A stretch of 56,897 bases of DNA, counting the filler, from Circinaria calcarea (lineage: Eukaryota), in assembly GCA_051942165.1 (NCBI GenBank). It is 3 parts of 3 records of this genome, joined end to end, with 100 filler letters (N's around TTAATTAATTAA, not from the genome) between each part and the next. Parts side by side here need not be neighbours in the genome. Positions count along the whole stretch, not along the records: positions 1 to 19,004 come from JAVECS010000220.1; positions 19,105 to 37,956 come from JAVECS010000222.1; 1 more part is not named here. One strand, written 5' to 3'. Positions 11,299 to 22,100 of the stretch are shown in pieces (positions within the stretch are counted from its first letter, which is position 1; each line of letters starts with the position of its first letter). The position numbers were made by a program, and so were the translations under genes. A model generated the notes under the pieces. That model was not told the DNA's origin. It did not search any database and saw only the letters and a list, made by a program, of their open reading frames with translations.

Positions 11299-11823
11299 AT
11301 GGCTCCAATTCAAACCAGATCTCACGCGATAACCTTCTCAACTCCAATTCCCACAGCAGCGCCGCCGGCGCCTTCTCAGCCAGGTGTTCAACCTGGATGG
11401 GGCCCAGCCGCCATCAGCGGCCTCGTCTTCGGCCTTGTCATGCTCTTTATCGGCGTGGCCACGCTCTACCAAGGAAGTCAGCATGCACGCCGCAGGCAAG
11501 GAGGTAAGCTCTGCCTTCCAGAGCGGAGTGCAGCTATAATAATGGTACTAGCAGATGACGAGGTGGGCTCTGAACACTACGTTGAGGAGCATGTCCCAAC
11601 AAGCGCCGGTTTGCAGGGCGAATGGGGGACGGCTGAGATCGAGCTACAGCAGTGCCTATGCCAGGAGCGAGAGGTGGCAGTGGAAGGCGATCGGCTTCAT
11701 ACTGAAGGAGAGACGGGTTGTGGCTTTGTACCGAAGGGGTTGGTGGGAACGAGGACAGACACCGATGAAACGTTGACCATGCCCGAGGATGAGGGAGTCG
11801 AGAGAAAAGCGACGAGGATGTAA
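11299..11823 (+). CDS. Small single-pass membrane protein of unknown function
   Basis: MAPIQTR..., P/T-rich N-terminus, hydrophobic WGPAAISGLVFGLVMLFIGVATLY followed by basic RRR, probable in-frame intron 11504-11554, acidic tail. Confidence 0.6.
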   Translation: MAPIQTRSHAITFSTPIPTAAPPAPSQPGVQPGWGPAAISGLVFGLVMLFIGVATLYQGSQHARRRQGGKLCLPERSAAIIMVLADDEVGSEHYVEEHVPTSAGLQGEWGTAEIELQQCLCQEREVAVEGDRLHTEGETGCGFVPKGLVGTRTDTDETLTMPEDEGVERKATRM

Positions 11824-12019
11824 GGCGGTTTACCGGCTGCGGAGCAGAAAGGAGCCATAGTGGAATTGCTCACAGAAGCGACTGGTTCTGCTTGTGGATA
11901 TAATGATTGAATGATTGAAGACTAGCATGATCTAACCAAAATTGATGATGATAATTTTGCTTGTGCGGTTCTGACAAGCAGTGGTTTTGACTTGAACGGT
12001 AGATTCTTAATCGGTCCCT

Positions 12020-12800
12020 AGTTTTTTTCCTTCCTGTATACTCGTCGCTTCTTCGTCCTCCACTACTTCCCGGACAGAACGGTCAATCTCCAGCTCTTCG
12101 TAATACTGAGGTTTTCCATCTCGATCTTAGTTTTCGTATGATCCCAATCTCTATTCCTATCCCTTTTCCTATCGATATTCATATGTCGTTTTCCATTCCC
12201 TAATCCCATTCATTTTCTACACGTCCTCTGCCCCTTGTTCCATCCTTATCTCGATATCGTTCTCGCTGTCTATTCCTCTCTCCACTATGATACAATCTCA
12301 CCTTGAGCTGGGCTTTATCTTAATTCCTTGCTTCATTAACTCCCCCAAAAGCATATCCTCCACGCTCGACGAGTGTGGCTCGGCCTCATAAGTCACCTAG
12401 ATGGCTTAATGGCTTATCTTTCTGTCATGGCGATTTTCAACCAAATTGCATTTGATCCTCGAGGTAGACTTGTTGTGTCGACTAGTGTTTAGGGTGCGAA
12501 GGTGTATGCTCGCAAACTCCAGCGGGAAATTACAATTGCTTTCTGAGCCGTCACCCTGATGCTTTGAAAAGCTATACCTGTGGCCTCGACTTCTGGGCGG
12601 CTTCTTTTCTCTTTTTCACGGCGCGTGCTTAGGCTTTGGCTTCCCGCTCGCATTTCATACTGTAGTCGCTTGTGACTTCCATATTCCTGTAGCTTGCGCC
12701 TCGGCTTTGCGGTTCTCTAACCTCGGCGGGATCAATGGCGAGTGCGAGAGCGAGGCGAGCGGGATCGACTTCTCTGTGGCTGAGGGTGTTAGAATAGAGC
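12020..12800 (-). pseudogene. Decayed coding relic with R/D/E-rich low-complexity segments
   Basis: Minus-strand fragments such as SGERNRQRERYRDKDGTRGRGR, DRKRDRNRDWDH and LENRKAEAQ are broken by stops and frameshifts; no ORF of 60 aa or more survives. Confidence 0.3.
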
Positions 12801-12968
12801 ACTTCCTCCCCCAGAGTTCGGCTTTAGCTATTATCCTCAGAACAGTAATTCTGAATGACGTAAATTATACGCAGTGAATTACTTCTAAATTGATTCCGCT
12901 CAGGTCAAAACAATCCAATTACTATTTGCAATCGCCTAGGGACTTGGAACAGCCAGCCAACCGAGGCA

Positions 12969-13970
12969 TCAAATTTTACTGCGCAAAAGCAACGATGCGG
13001 TCCCAAGTTGGGCATCCCTGTTAGGGGCAGTGGGGCCCGGAGCTTCAATGACATGCCAAAGATCCCCAAACTGCCAGAAATTCTGAATAGCTGCCCAATA
13101 TCGCACCTCGTCCTCGAGGATCAGAGCGCAATGCGGACTGGAGTGGAACATAACGCCATCCGCCCGATAGCCTTGAGTTCGAGCGGCTTTCAAATGCGAC
13201 TGGACATCCTGCCACTCAACCATTTGATCACCAGCTGAGTATAAATAGAGTCTTGCCGCATGTGTTCCAAAGACGGCGCTGTCGTTCAACTGGGCACGCA
13301 TTTCTCTTACAGAGTTCATGACACCGAAGTGCTGCAAACCGGTGATAGCTGCAATGGTTGGATAGAGCGCAAGCCTTCCGATAGACTGGGCAGGTTGACA
13401 GCGAGGAAGCGACAATACAGCGGCATTGTATGCTTTTTGGAATGTGGCATCTCCAGGGCAGCAATCGAAGATGATGCCTCTAAGTGGTAGGGGCATGTGG
13501 TTTTCTCGCATGGAAAGGGCAAGCTGGATCCCCGTATTACATCCACCGTGCGAGAAGATGTGCAGAAGAACGCAGTCATCTGAACTGTCGTCAACGAAAT
13601 CCCTATCACCTAAGATTGTACAGATGGCATCTCGAGCAGGCGCCAGTCCTGCTCGGATTTGTCTGAAGGAATGAAAGGTAATGTCCAGTATTGTCGTCCG
13701 AATAAGGAGGATGCAAGCATTTGGGAAGAGCTGCTGATATTTGATGATGTATTTATCAATGCGTTTAGTTGTCGCGCCTCCCAACCAAGTGCAAAGAATA
13801 ACCAGAGAAGGAGGAGGTAGATTGTCTTTTTCTTTACTACCTAAGGCTTCGGCATCATCGACTTCAGGCTTGTGTAAGAAGATGTTCTGGCCCAAATCTT
13901 GAAAGTCAACCACAGTCCTCAGAGCAGGTTTGGGTGACATAGCTGTATCAGTTGGGTTTATTTGGGGCAT
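12969..13970 (-). CDS. DUF829/TMEM53-family (PaxU-like) alpha/beta-fold protein, intronless, ending in SKI
   Basis: Motifs LVILCTWLGGA..K.I.KY, LLHIFSHGG, IIFDCCPG, LYLYSAGDQMV.W.DV..H, F..SPHCAL. Confidence 0.85.
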   Translation of the reverse strand: MPQINPTDTAMSPKPALRTVVDFQDLGQNIFLHKPEVDDAEALGSKEKDNLPPPSLVILCTWLGGATTKRIDKYIIKYQQLFPNACILLIRTTILDITFHSFRQIRAGLAPARDAICTILGDRDFVDDSSDDCVLLHIFSHGGCNTGIQLALSMRENHMPLPLRGIIFDCCPGDATFQKAYNAAVLSLPRCQPAQSIGRLALYPTIAAITGLQHFGVMNSVREMRAQLNDSAVFGTHAARLYLYSAGDQMVEWQDVQSHLKAARTQGYRADGVMFHSSPHCALILEDEVRYWAAIQNFWQFGDLWHVIEAPGPTAPNRDAQLGTASLLLRSKI

Positions 13971-14182
13971 AGCACGTAGGACGGATTGTCTAATTACGGT
14001 GGAAGGAATAAATACTTAAATGCGCTGTATCTGAATGCTCGCAAACATTGCGCCAATCAAACTACTACGCATTCAATTGGATTATTCATATTAAGATGTG
14101 CAATTACTATTCGTGGTTGAGAAATATATTACTCGGCAATTTACTACAGCTCCACTAAGTTAGTGCCCGCTTTACCCCTGCA

Positions 14183-14313
14183 CCGATTATTGCGGACAGT
14201 ATAAATGTATACTGTTAATGTATACTGTCCGGAGTCATTCCGTGGCTCGACGGAGCTTATAGAGACCCAACCTCCACAACGCAATGTCTCGGAACGGAAT
14301 TGGAAAACGCTCG
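14183..14313. promoter_or_regulatory. CGG/CCG-rich upstream region of the DUF829 gene with an 11-bp perfect inverted repeat
   Basis: cggacagtata (14193-14203) and tatactgtccg (14221-14231); overlapping direct repeat aatgtatactgt (14204, 14217); several more CGG/CCG triplets nearby. Confidence 0.45.
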
Positions 14314-14861
14314 GTGGGTATATAGACTTTTAATAGGCGGCTTGGAAAGAATCTTAAACTTGATGCGTTCAGTGTTCACCACACCAAGATCTAAAGAGCT
14401 TCCCAAATGCTATAATACCATGAGTTATTCAAGATCTCTCAAGTGCCTTTGGCAAATGCAAACCTAAGGTATTATAAAACTTGAGGTTTCCCCTTTTGGA
14501 TCATTCTAGCACGTCAATGGCCATGCTTTCTTGATATATTTTGATTTAGGACCAACTCTTTCTATGGTATGTCTCAGAGCGTAACCCAAATTGCATATAC
14601 ATTAGATGTTCTATATAATATTAGTTAAATCTCTAGGAAATTCGGTGCTCTGATAAGGTCTCCCGCAGTGAGTTGACTCCTACTGGTTCTCTCCCCCGCC
14701 GCCGGGGATAAGGATTGCTGCGTTAGTAAGCTGTCATGATTTAGAAAAATTTGATAATGGAAAGTTATGTGTCCGATGTTCGGTTATTGCGTTCGTCTAT
14801 GTGATATTATTATATTTCGATCCTAGCTCGCGTCCAAATTTTGAGTCGTTAACAGTGGACT

Positions 14862-15759
14862 TCAGCTGATAGGCTTCTGTTCGTCTTTGGGCGTCAATGA
14901 GTGCTTTGAATATCGATTTCGATATTTTCTTCTCGCTTTAGATAATTCGCTTCCGAGGGATAACTTAGAGTAGGGATATGGGACGTCGAATCTTTTAAAG
15001 CTTAGCACGTGACAGAGCCTCTTTTGTGGTTTAGGGCAAACATAACGGCCAAAGTTAGGTTCTTCCAGCCCCGTTGGCTCCTTTTCCGGTTGACCACATT
15101 CTGTTTTACGTAGGCCCAAGCCTTCTGTAAGGTGGGTTTTTACCATCCTAGAAAGATCTGTGTAAATTTGGACATAGGAATAAAAAAGTTTAGTCCATTT
15201 TTCTATTATAAAGCACGTCAGATCCCCCCAAGTCCCAAGCTCTCGGCGGGCTTCCATTTCTCCAAGCTCATGCTATCGACCTTGTTTCGAAGCCGCCGCA
15301 TAGAGAACCCAACCCAAGGGCAAATCTCTGTGCGTAAGGTTTAAATCTTCCTGAGCATACTCTGAAACTCGGAAGATAGATTTAGCAAAGCTCGTAAAAT
15401 CACCTTTTTTATCGGCCGTATCAACTGTCTATTGATTTCTTTGTTAACGTATTAAATGCTGCAGTAGCCGCGTACGATGGCTTACTTGGGGAGTATCTAG
15501 ATTCGGAGTAACTGTTCTCTCTCCGAAAATCGAGCATAAAACTATTTATATATGTATATAAAATGGAGGGGCAATCAACCACTATTTCGGCATGCTCCAG
15601 CGTGTATGACACATCATCATCATCTTGGGGAGGAGGAGGAGGAGGAGAAGGTGGGTCAAGGCTGCGACGGCGAGATTGGCTTTCGGGCGGGGGGGTGGTG
15701 CCACGATGAAAATTGGCCAGATGCTCTGGCGAACCACATACAAAACAGGAACGAGTCAT
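14862..15759 (-). pseudogene. Decayed ORF with an N-terminal zinc-knuckle-like motif and a poly-Pro tract
   Basis: MTRSCFVCGSPEHLANFH (CX2CX4HX4H), then PPSPPPPPP. Reading continues after a frameshift near 15420 (DTADKKGDFTSFAK...SKQGR*HELGEMEARREL...) with an in-frame TAG into ORF 14862-15257. Confidence 0.45.
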
Positions 15760-16194
15760 CCATACCCAGGGGCAAATCTGGTAACGAACACTCCGTCCCA
15801 GCAGAATACCCAGACGACAGGAGCGGCTGTAAGGCTCTTCCTCCGGACTCTGTAGACACCGTCAAGGCTAATCGGGAAGGGTTGAGCTGACCTTTTTTAC
15901 TTCCATATAGAGGCGGGCAACTTCGACACATACGGTTTCGAAAAGAAGAAAAGAGGCTTGAGAAAGGGGAACTCGGAAGAGGAAAGGACTTTGTTGGTCT
16001 GCTAATGAAGCCGCCCTGGTAAGGGTGAAGAAAAAAACTGAGTCTATGGGATCTTTTATTTTTGTTCACTAGGCCGAGAGTGTTTAAGAAATTTTTTAAG
16101 GTTTCATTAGTTCCCGTTGCGAGTAAAGATAGTGAACCGATAGTTTGAGATCTGCTATTCAACTTCTGAACGCCACATAGCAAAGAGTACATTA

Positions 16195-17113
16195 TTACGC
16201 TTCCCAACATCTTATGCCGAAAGTACCCGGAGTAGCACGCGGAGTATCCATATTTTTTTTCTTTCGTAAAGCCTCATTTGCCCCTTCTTTCTCAAATAAA
16301 GAGGGGAATTCGAACCGGAGGATGCAGGTACAACACCTTATCTGTGCTTTCGTGCCTAGCATATCGATCCATTGAGGATATATTTCTTGTTTCTTGTTTC
16401 TCGTTTCTCGGTATAGATGCCGAGCTGTATCTATAATAAAGTTATGCCTGGCCCTCACAACAAGGACACATCTGACAGAATCCGCGTGTAGCGGTACGTC
16501 CAGCGTCAAATTGCTCGGAGCCAAAAGGAGAGAACCTCAATAAGAATTAGCGATTAAGTCCTTCCTCCCATGGGCTAATCCGACATATTTTTTGCCATTT
16601 ATTCTCCGAATTACAGGCCCCCCAACTCCAGCATATATTCAACTCAGTTTTGCGTGCGAAAAGATATTTGAGATGCGCATTCCTAGCTCGTATCCAAGTG
16701 CTGGGAGATTTCGAGATATTGTTTTTTGGTCCAGTATGCCCTTCGCGTGGGATATTGAACTTTTGACTAGTCTCGGAGTTCCCCATCCTTGGGGTACAAA
16801 CATAGACGTTGATGTGGCATATTCTGTATTCCAAAGAGCAGAAATAGCCCATTGATACGGCCTGCGGGGTAAAATATCGACTGGCACGAATGGTGTTGCT
16901 GTTGGTTGTATGACTGTAACATTCGGTGTTGAATGCCGTCCTTGATTCCTGATTTCCATTATCCAGTTTCGCTTTCGACCGCGGTGTATAAGTCTTAGCT
17001 AGCGACTTTGCCTCCAGCGGTTGATCGGGTAAGTTTCCCGTAATCGATTGGGCGAGCACGTTCTCTGAGAAGAACCTTTTGTCGCAATAACGACGCTCTA
17101 AACCACAATCCAA
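16195..17113 (-). pseudogene. Second decayed ORF of unknown family
   Basis: ORFs 16639-16959 and 16195-16524 share a frame and are separated only by two TGA codons (...HAKLS*IYAGVGGPVIRR...ANSY*GSLLLAPSN...). The upstream part is frameshifted. Confidence 0.45.
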
Positions 17114-17574
17114 AGCTTTGGACCTTGTTCAGATACTGTTACCGAACTTTGCTCTATAACAGAAGGTTGTTGGCTATTCCATTCAGGTACCTCGGACTCT
17201 ACTACTCGGGGCAGCTTTGGTGCTTGATTACCCGGCAGTTTCAGGATAGGTGAAGGGCCTTGAGACCATAAGGCCATATCACAGGCTCGTGTTCTCCAAG
17301 TATAAAAGCTTGACTCAAGCGCGCAAGAGTACTTACGTTCCTTAATATGCCGCCATTCGTAAGAGCTGGGTCGATTTATACGCTTCGCTTGAAGATGACT
17401 TTTCGTGATATATTTGTAAGAAGTGATGCGATTAGGAAGATATTCTAGAATAGGTTATTCTAAATGGGAACTAGGTTGTATATAAATGGTAGATAAGATA
17501 TGTTCGTGGGACAAAATTGATGGTAGAGGGACTGGGAAGAATAATTGACTCGGATTAACCCGTGCGGTTATGAT

Positions 17575-17766
17575 TGTAACGTCCGGGTTGTTGCGTCCCT
17601 GTGATAAGAAAGGGTTTAGATTGATAGGTCTATGAGATATTAATGCTAAGCGGTACTATAGTCAGAAGTGACTTTTTCATTCGAATGCGGTAACAAGGAA
17701 AATGTATTCATATATATATATAGGTAAAGGCATCAAGTATTCACTCATTGTAAGGGTCTCGTGACA
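17575..17766 (-). mobile_element. Candidate LTR remnant (~192 bp)
   Basis: Minus strand begins TGTCACG and ends CGTTACA (6/7 inverted termini, TG...CA); AT-rich interior with a (TA)n tract. No clean target-site duplication and no second copy in the window. Confidence 0.3.
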
Positions 17767-18817
17767 GTCACCCAGGACCAGCCTGTATGTTGAGCCAAGG
17801 AACTTTCCCGGGGGGGCCTTGACTTATTCTTAATAATGCTCGGAATGTGATAACGCCGCTAACAAGGCGGCACGAAAGCCATATTCAAGTCTAGCCCTCA
17901 TTTGACAGTGACATGATCGAGTGCGGTGCGAGACATAAGCATCATTATCGTCCAGACCTGAGCTCAAACACAAGGCATTAGGCCAAATCTGTACTGTGAC
18001 GAACAGAAAATACTCTTTCGAGAATAGCAGCAGTTAGAGAACCGGCATCTCAGCATATGGTAATAGAGGACCAACGGGTAGAGAAGGTAACAGGAAGGAA
18101 TCTTGCAAGATACATATTTCGACCCTCTGGCAAGCAAATCCAACTACAAAACGTCGAAGCCATCCTACCGTAACGAGTTTGGGTGGTATCGATATTCGGC
18201 CCGAATGTGCCCGTAGCTAGAATAGTGCCACCATAAATAGGCTCTAGACGGGGAAGGCGATGTAGCCAATCTTTGAAACTTTTTCAACCACATCAAATAG
18301 GTAAGAGACAGACATCACCTATACATTGATATTTTACGTCTTAACAGTTGTTACAGGCATTTGTTCAAATTCGAAGAAAGTTAAACTTCGAGGTGGCTTG
18401 ATAGCAGTCGAATGTTTTACGGCAGGAAGTAGCCTTTGCTACCACTCCTTTGCCCACAGCTTTGAATATGATGCAAGGCAAGAAGCATAACACGCCAATC
18501 GGAAAACTCCTCCGTAAGAATGCCATTCTTCTATCCCTCATTTCCCATATCGGCTGTGGCCCGGCACGCTATCGGGGACCGCCCGGCGCACTGTTTGGTC
18601 CCGCGATGGATTACAAAGCAAAGGAAATGAATGACCTTATCAATTATTAATGCAACCACAAATATAAGGCTCCCCGGACCGTCATTGGCATACCGGTGAG
18701 ACCAGTAGAACATTCTCTCCTTCACCTCTTCCACTTTTCTTCATATCTTTACATCGTCGACTCCTGTCGTTGATCATTTCTATACCTCTACCCAAGATAG
18801 CAAGCACGGACTTCAAA

Positions 18818-19004
18818 ATGCCTCCCCCATACACCAGAGACACCACGGCCGGTGAGCTGACCAGGGATTTTGCTGACCAGATCCGCGGTAAGGTTATCCT
18901 CACCACTGGCGTGTCACCAAATGGACTTGGTGCCCTCTTTGTTGAAGCCATTGCGAAAGCCCAGCCAAAACTCCTCATCCTTGCTGGACGCAACACCTCC
19001 AAGG
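18818..19004 (+). CDS. Short-chain dehydrogenase/reductase, 5' fragment cut by the assembly spacer
   Basis: MPPPYTRDTTAGELTRDFADQIRGKVILTTGVSPNGLG...LLILAGRN is a Rossmann-fold TG-x-G-x-G start; ATG context is CAAAATG. Confidence 0.85.
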
Positions 19005-19104
19005 NNNNNNNNNNNNNNNNNNNNNNNNNNNNNNNNNNNNNNNNNNNNTTAATTAATTAANNNNNNNNNNNNNNNNNNNNNNNNNNNNNNNNNNNNNNNN
19101 NNNN
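19005..19104. other. Artificial contig-joining spacer
   Basis: 44 N + TTAATTAATTAA (stops in all six frames) + 44 N, exactly 100 nt. Confidence 0.97.
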
Positions 19105-19171
19105 TGCCAAAATAATACAGAAGAATGATTAAGGTCCGCCTCGCCCTTGCCATGCGAGTTGTTCGCCCCAC

Positions 19172-22100
19172 TCAGAATTTCGACACGGCGACCGCAATCG
19201 CTTGAGTCTCGTTATGGCTGATACTGACATCCACACTCTTGACTCCCACTTTCGAAGCAGCAGCCTTGGCGTCACCATGTAACTAAGAGTCTGTTAGCAC
19301 TTTGTACGATATTCACCTAACATCAAAGAGGCTTACAGTGACAACAGGTGCGCCATTCGAATCGTTCAGCACCTCAATCTCTTTCAATCCTGCTCCGGCT
19401 CCCTTTCCCTGAACACCTAAACTCTTAAAGACAGCCTCCTTTGCACTCCACCTCCCCGTAAAGCTAGCTTGCGGACTCGGCGCTTTGCGGCAATAATCTT
19501 GTTCTTTCTGTGTAAAGTTTCTCTGTACAAAAGTATCGTTCTCAATGTTGATAGCATCTATGCTCTCGACATCAACACCAACCTTTGAGTTTTCTGTTGC
19601 AGTGGCTTTGGCCAATGATTCAACAGTCTGCCTTGTCGACTCCGCCTCCTTGCTGGTTGGCTTCTTAGGGATGCTGGTGGGATACGTGAGCTCTGAAGAT
19701 TTCTTGTCCATAGTGACTCTAGCAGTAGGGTTGAGGAAGACTTGACTTTGTTGGGCGTCGGCGTAAGGCGAATGTGTTTTGGCTACGAAGAGTGTATTGG
19801 TGATGAGCCCATTGTGGAAATACCTGTATGCACGCTTTTGACGTGCTTGCACCTTGGTTCGGTAGGTCTGGTATCGAGACTGATCTAGAGTCGCAAAAAG
19901 GTACTTGGGATGGATCCCGATTGCCTGTGTGCCTTTTTGGCCGAAGCCAAACGATGTGACTGAGAATGCCTTGACACCATCTGTTTGGATGGATCGGCTA
20001 GGGTAGACAATGTAGTCGAATTTCTCCATCACCTTATCGACGTTATCTGCATTTCGATTTCCAGGCACCAAGCCAGTGTTCATGACTTGCAAGCACCCGT
20101 TGAACATCCATGCGCCCGCAGCACCTTTAGGATGACCTGTAAGATACTTTTGAAAGATTCCGAGAAGCGCATTACCCTTTTTCCGGCCAAGATGCTTCAT
20201 CTGTTGGTAGACAACATCAGATTCGTTCTTATCGTTTGCAACAGTTGACGTTCCGTGAAACGATGCAACGTCGAGGTCATCGATAGTGAGACCCCAGGTA
20301 GCGAGTGCACCTCGTAACGGTGCGATCCTCGAATCCTGCTTCCAGAAAGCATTGCCTAAACTATTCATGGCCTCTTTTTCTTGTCGGATAGCTTCTCTGC
20401 TGATATGGGCTGCCCGTTCCTGCATGTACTCGGATTCATCAAAGTCATTGCCCTGTGACTTCATGGCTGAAAGCTCATCTTGTAAGTACATCAGCTCAGA
20501 CTCTTGCCACTGTCTGATCTGCTTCTTCCTAAGGTCGAGTTGCCGTCTTCGGTAGCCAATGTCGAGAAGAGGGGAGGGGAATTTTGATGGGGCTTCCCGA
20601 GCTGTTGTTAGCACACCCTGTCCAGGTGCAGGTACCGAACGGCCGATCTTATCGGTAGCAGTAGCTGTGTAACCTAGGATACCATAGATCGGAACACCCA
20701 TATCTAAAGCGAGCTGAGCGCACATTATGACCTGTATACCGCAACCTTGTGATTCCATGAAACCATTTCGAGTTGTTGTGGTAGGCCGAGACATCTCTTT
20801 CGGCGTTCTTCCGTGAGCGATCTCGTCCTCTGCGTTACTTGTAGCTTTCATATTGGCAAATTCATACGAGCCTTCCTCTTGGAAGTCATCAAACCCACCA
20901 ACGAAGCATACTCTTGCCTTACCCTCCACTATGGTCTCACATCCGATGTCGATGGATTCAACGGCTGTGGCGCATGCTCCAACCGGTGTCTTGATGGGCC
21001 CAGTCGATGATAATAGCAACATGTTCACCCACGCGCTCATTGTATTAATAAACGACTCTTGAAGGATATCTTTTTGAAGTGGCTTGTCCAGGAAACGATC
21101 CTTATACATTCCCTTTAGTGCAGTGGTTCCTCCAATACCTGAGCCAATGCAATTACCAACTTCCGAAAGATGTACGTATTGGTAGAACTCGTAGGGATCG
21201 GTGATACCAGATGCCATCAAAGACTCAACGGTGCAAACGAGGACGAACAGGGTAACAGGATCAACCTGAGAAATAATATCCTCTGGGATTCCATATTTCT
21301 TGGCATCCCACCCAGTAGGGATCTGACCAGCAACGAGACGGTCGAATTTCAAAGCCTTGGGAATCAAGAGAGTTGCGCCCTTCTTTAGACGCACTGTGTA
21401 TTCTCCGGAATCAGGCACTTCAAATATCTCAACTTTATCTCCATGTTCTCGCTTGAACTCATCAGCAGTTTCTTTAGAAGCTTCGAATTGATCCAGATCT
21501 TCCTCAATCACCACTTCTTGCAACAGTTGCTTCTTGTTTGGATCATAGCCTCTGAAAAGTTCCGGTTCGATAAGTCGAATACCAGAATGCTCAAGTATAT
21601 ACTTTTCGTATTTTGCCTTGATGTCCTTGTCATCGACCGGGTCTCCAGTTTTGGCATCAACCCATCCGGAATATGATTTGCCCTTGAAAGGTCCATTGTG
21701 GTTCCTGATAAGGCCCATTATCCATGCCATTTCAACACACCCTTCAAGTGAAAACTGGCCATAGGCTTCCATCTCCCACCGAGTGCGTGAATTTCCCCAG
21801 GGGCCAACCTCGGCAAAGCCGGTGACAACAACCACCTTGTCAAGGTCGACCATACCCTTGAGCTTAGAATTCAGCGGCTCCACCTCCTTATCCCAGTCAG
21901 GTAGCTCTGGAAACTCGAACTTGATGTTTGCTCGAGGCTCAATTATAACTTTCTTGTACAGAACTTGGCTATCTTCCCCATTCACAATCTTGTTCTCGAT
22001 GGCGGTCTCCTTGGTGACTGCCTTTCTGACTTCACTAGATTCCATGATTTCTCTTCGTAGATCCGTCATAAGCTCCTTCAGGTTCGGAATGAACTGAAGT

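Noticed and set aside
19049..19060. TTAATTAATTAA palindrome as a biological site
   Set aside because: It is centred in N-runs and repeated identically at 38001-38012, so it is an assembly linker. The similar taattaattaa near 37842 is AT-rich chance sequence.
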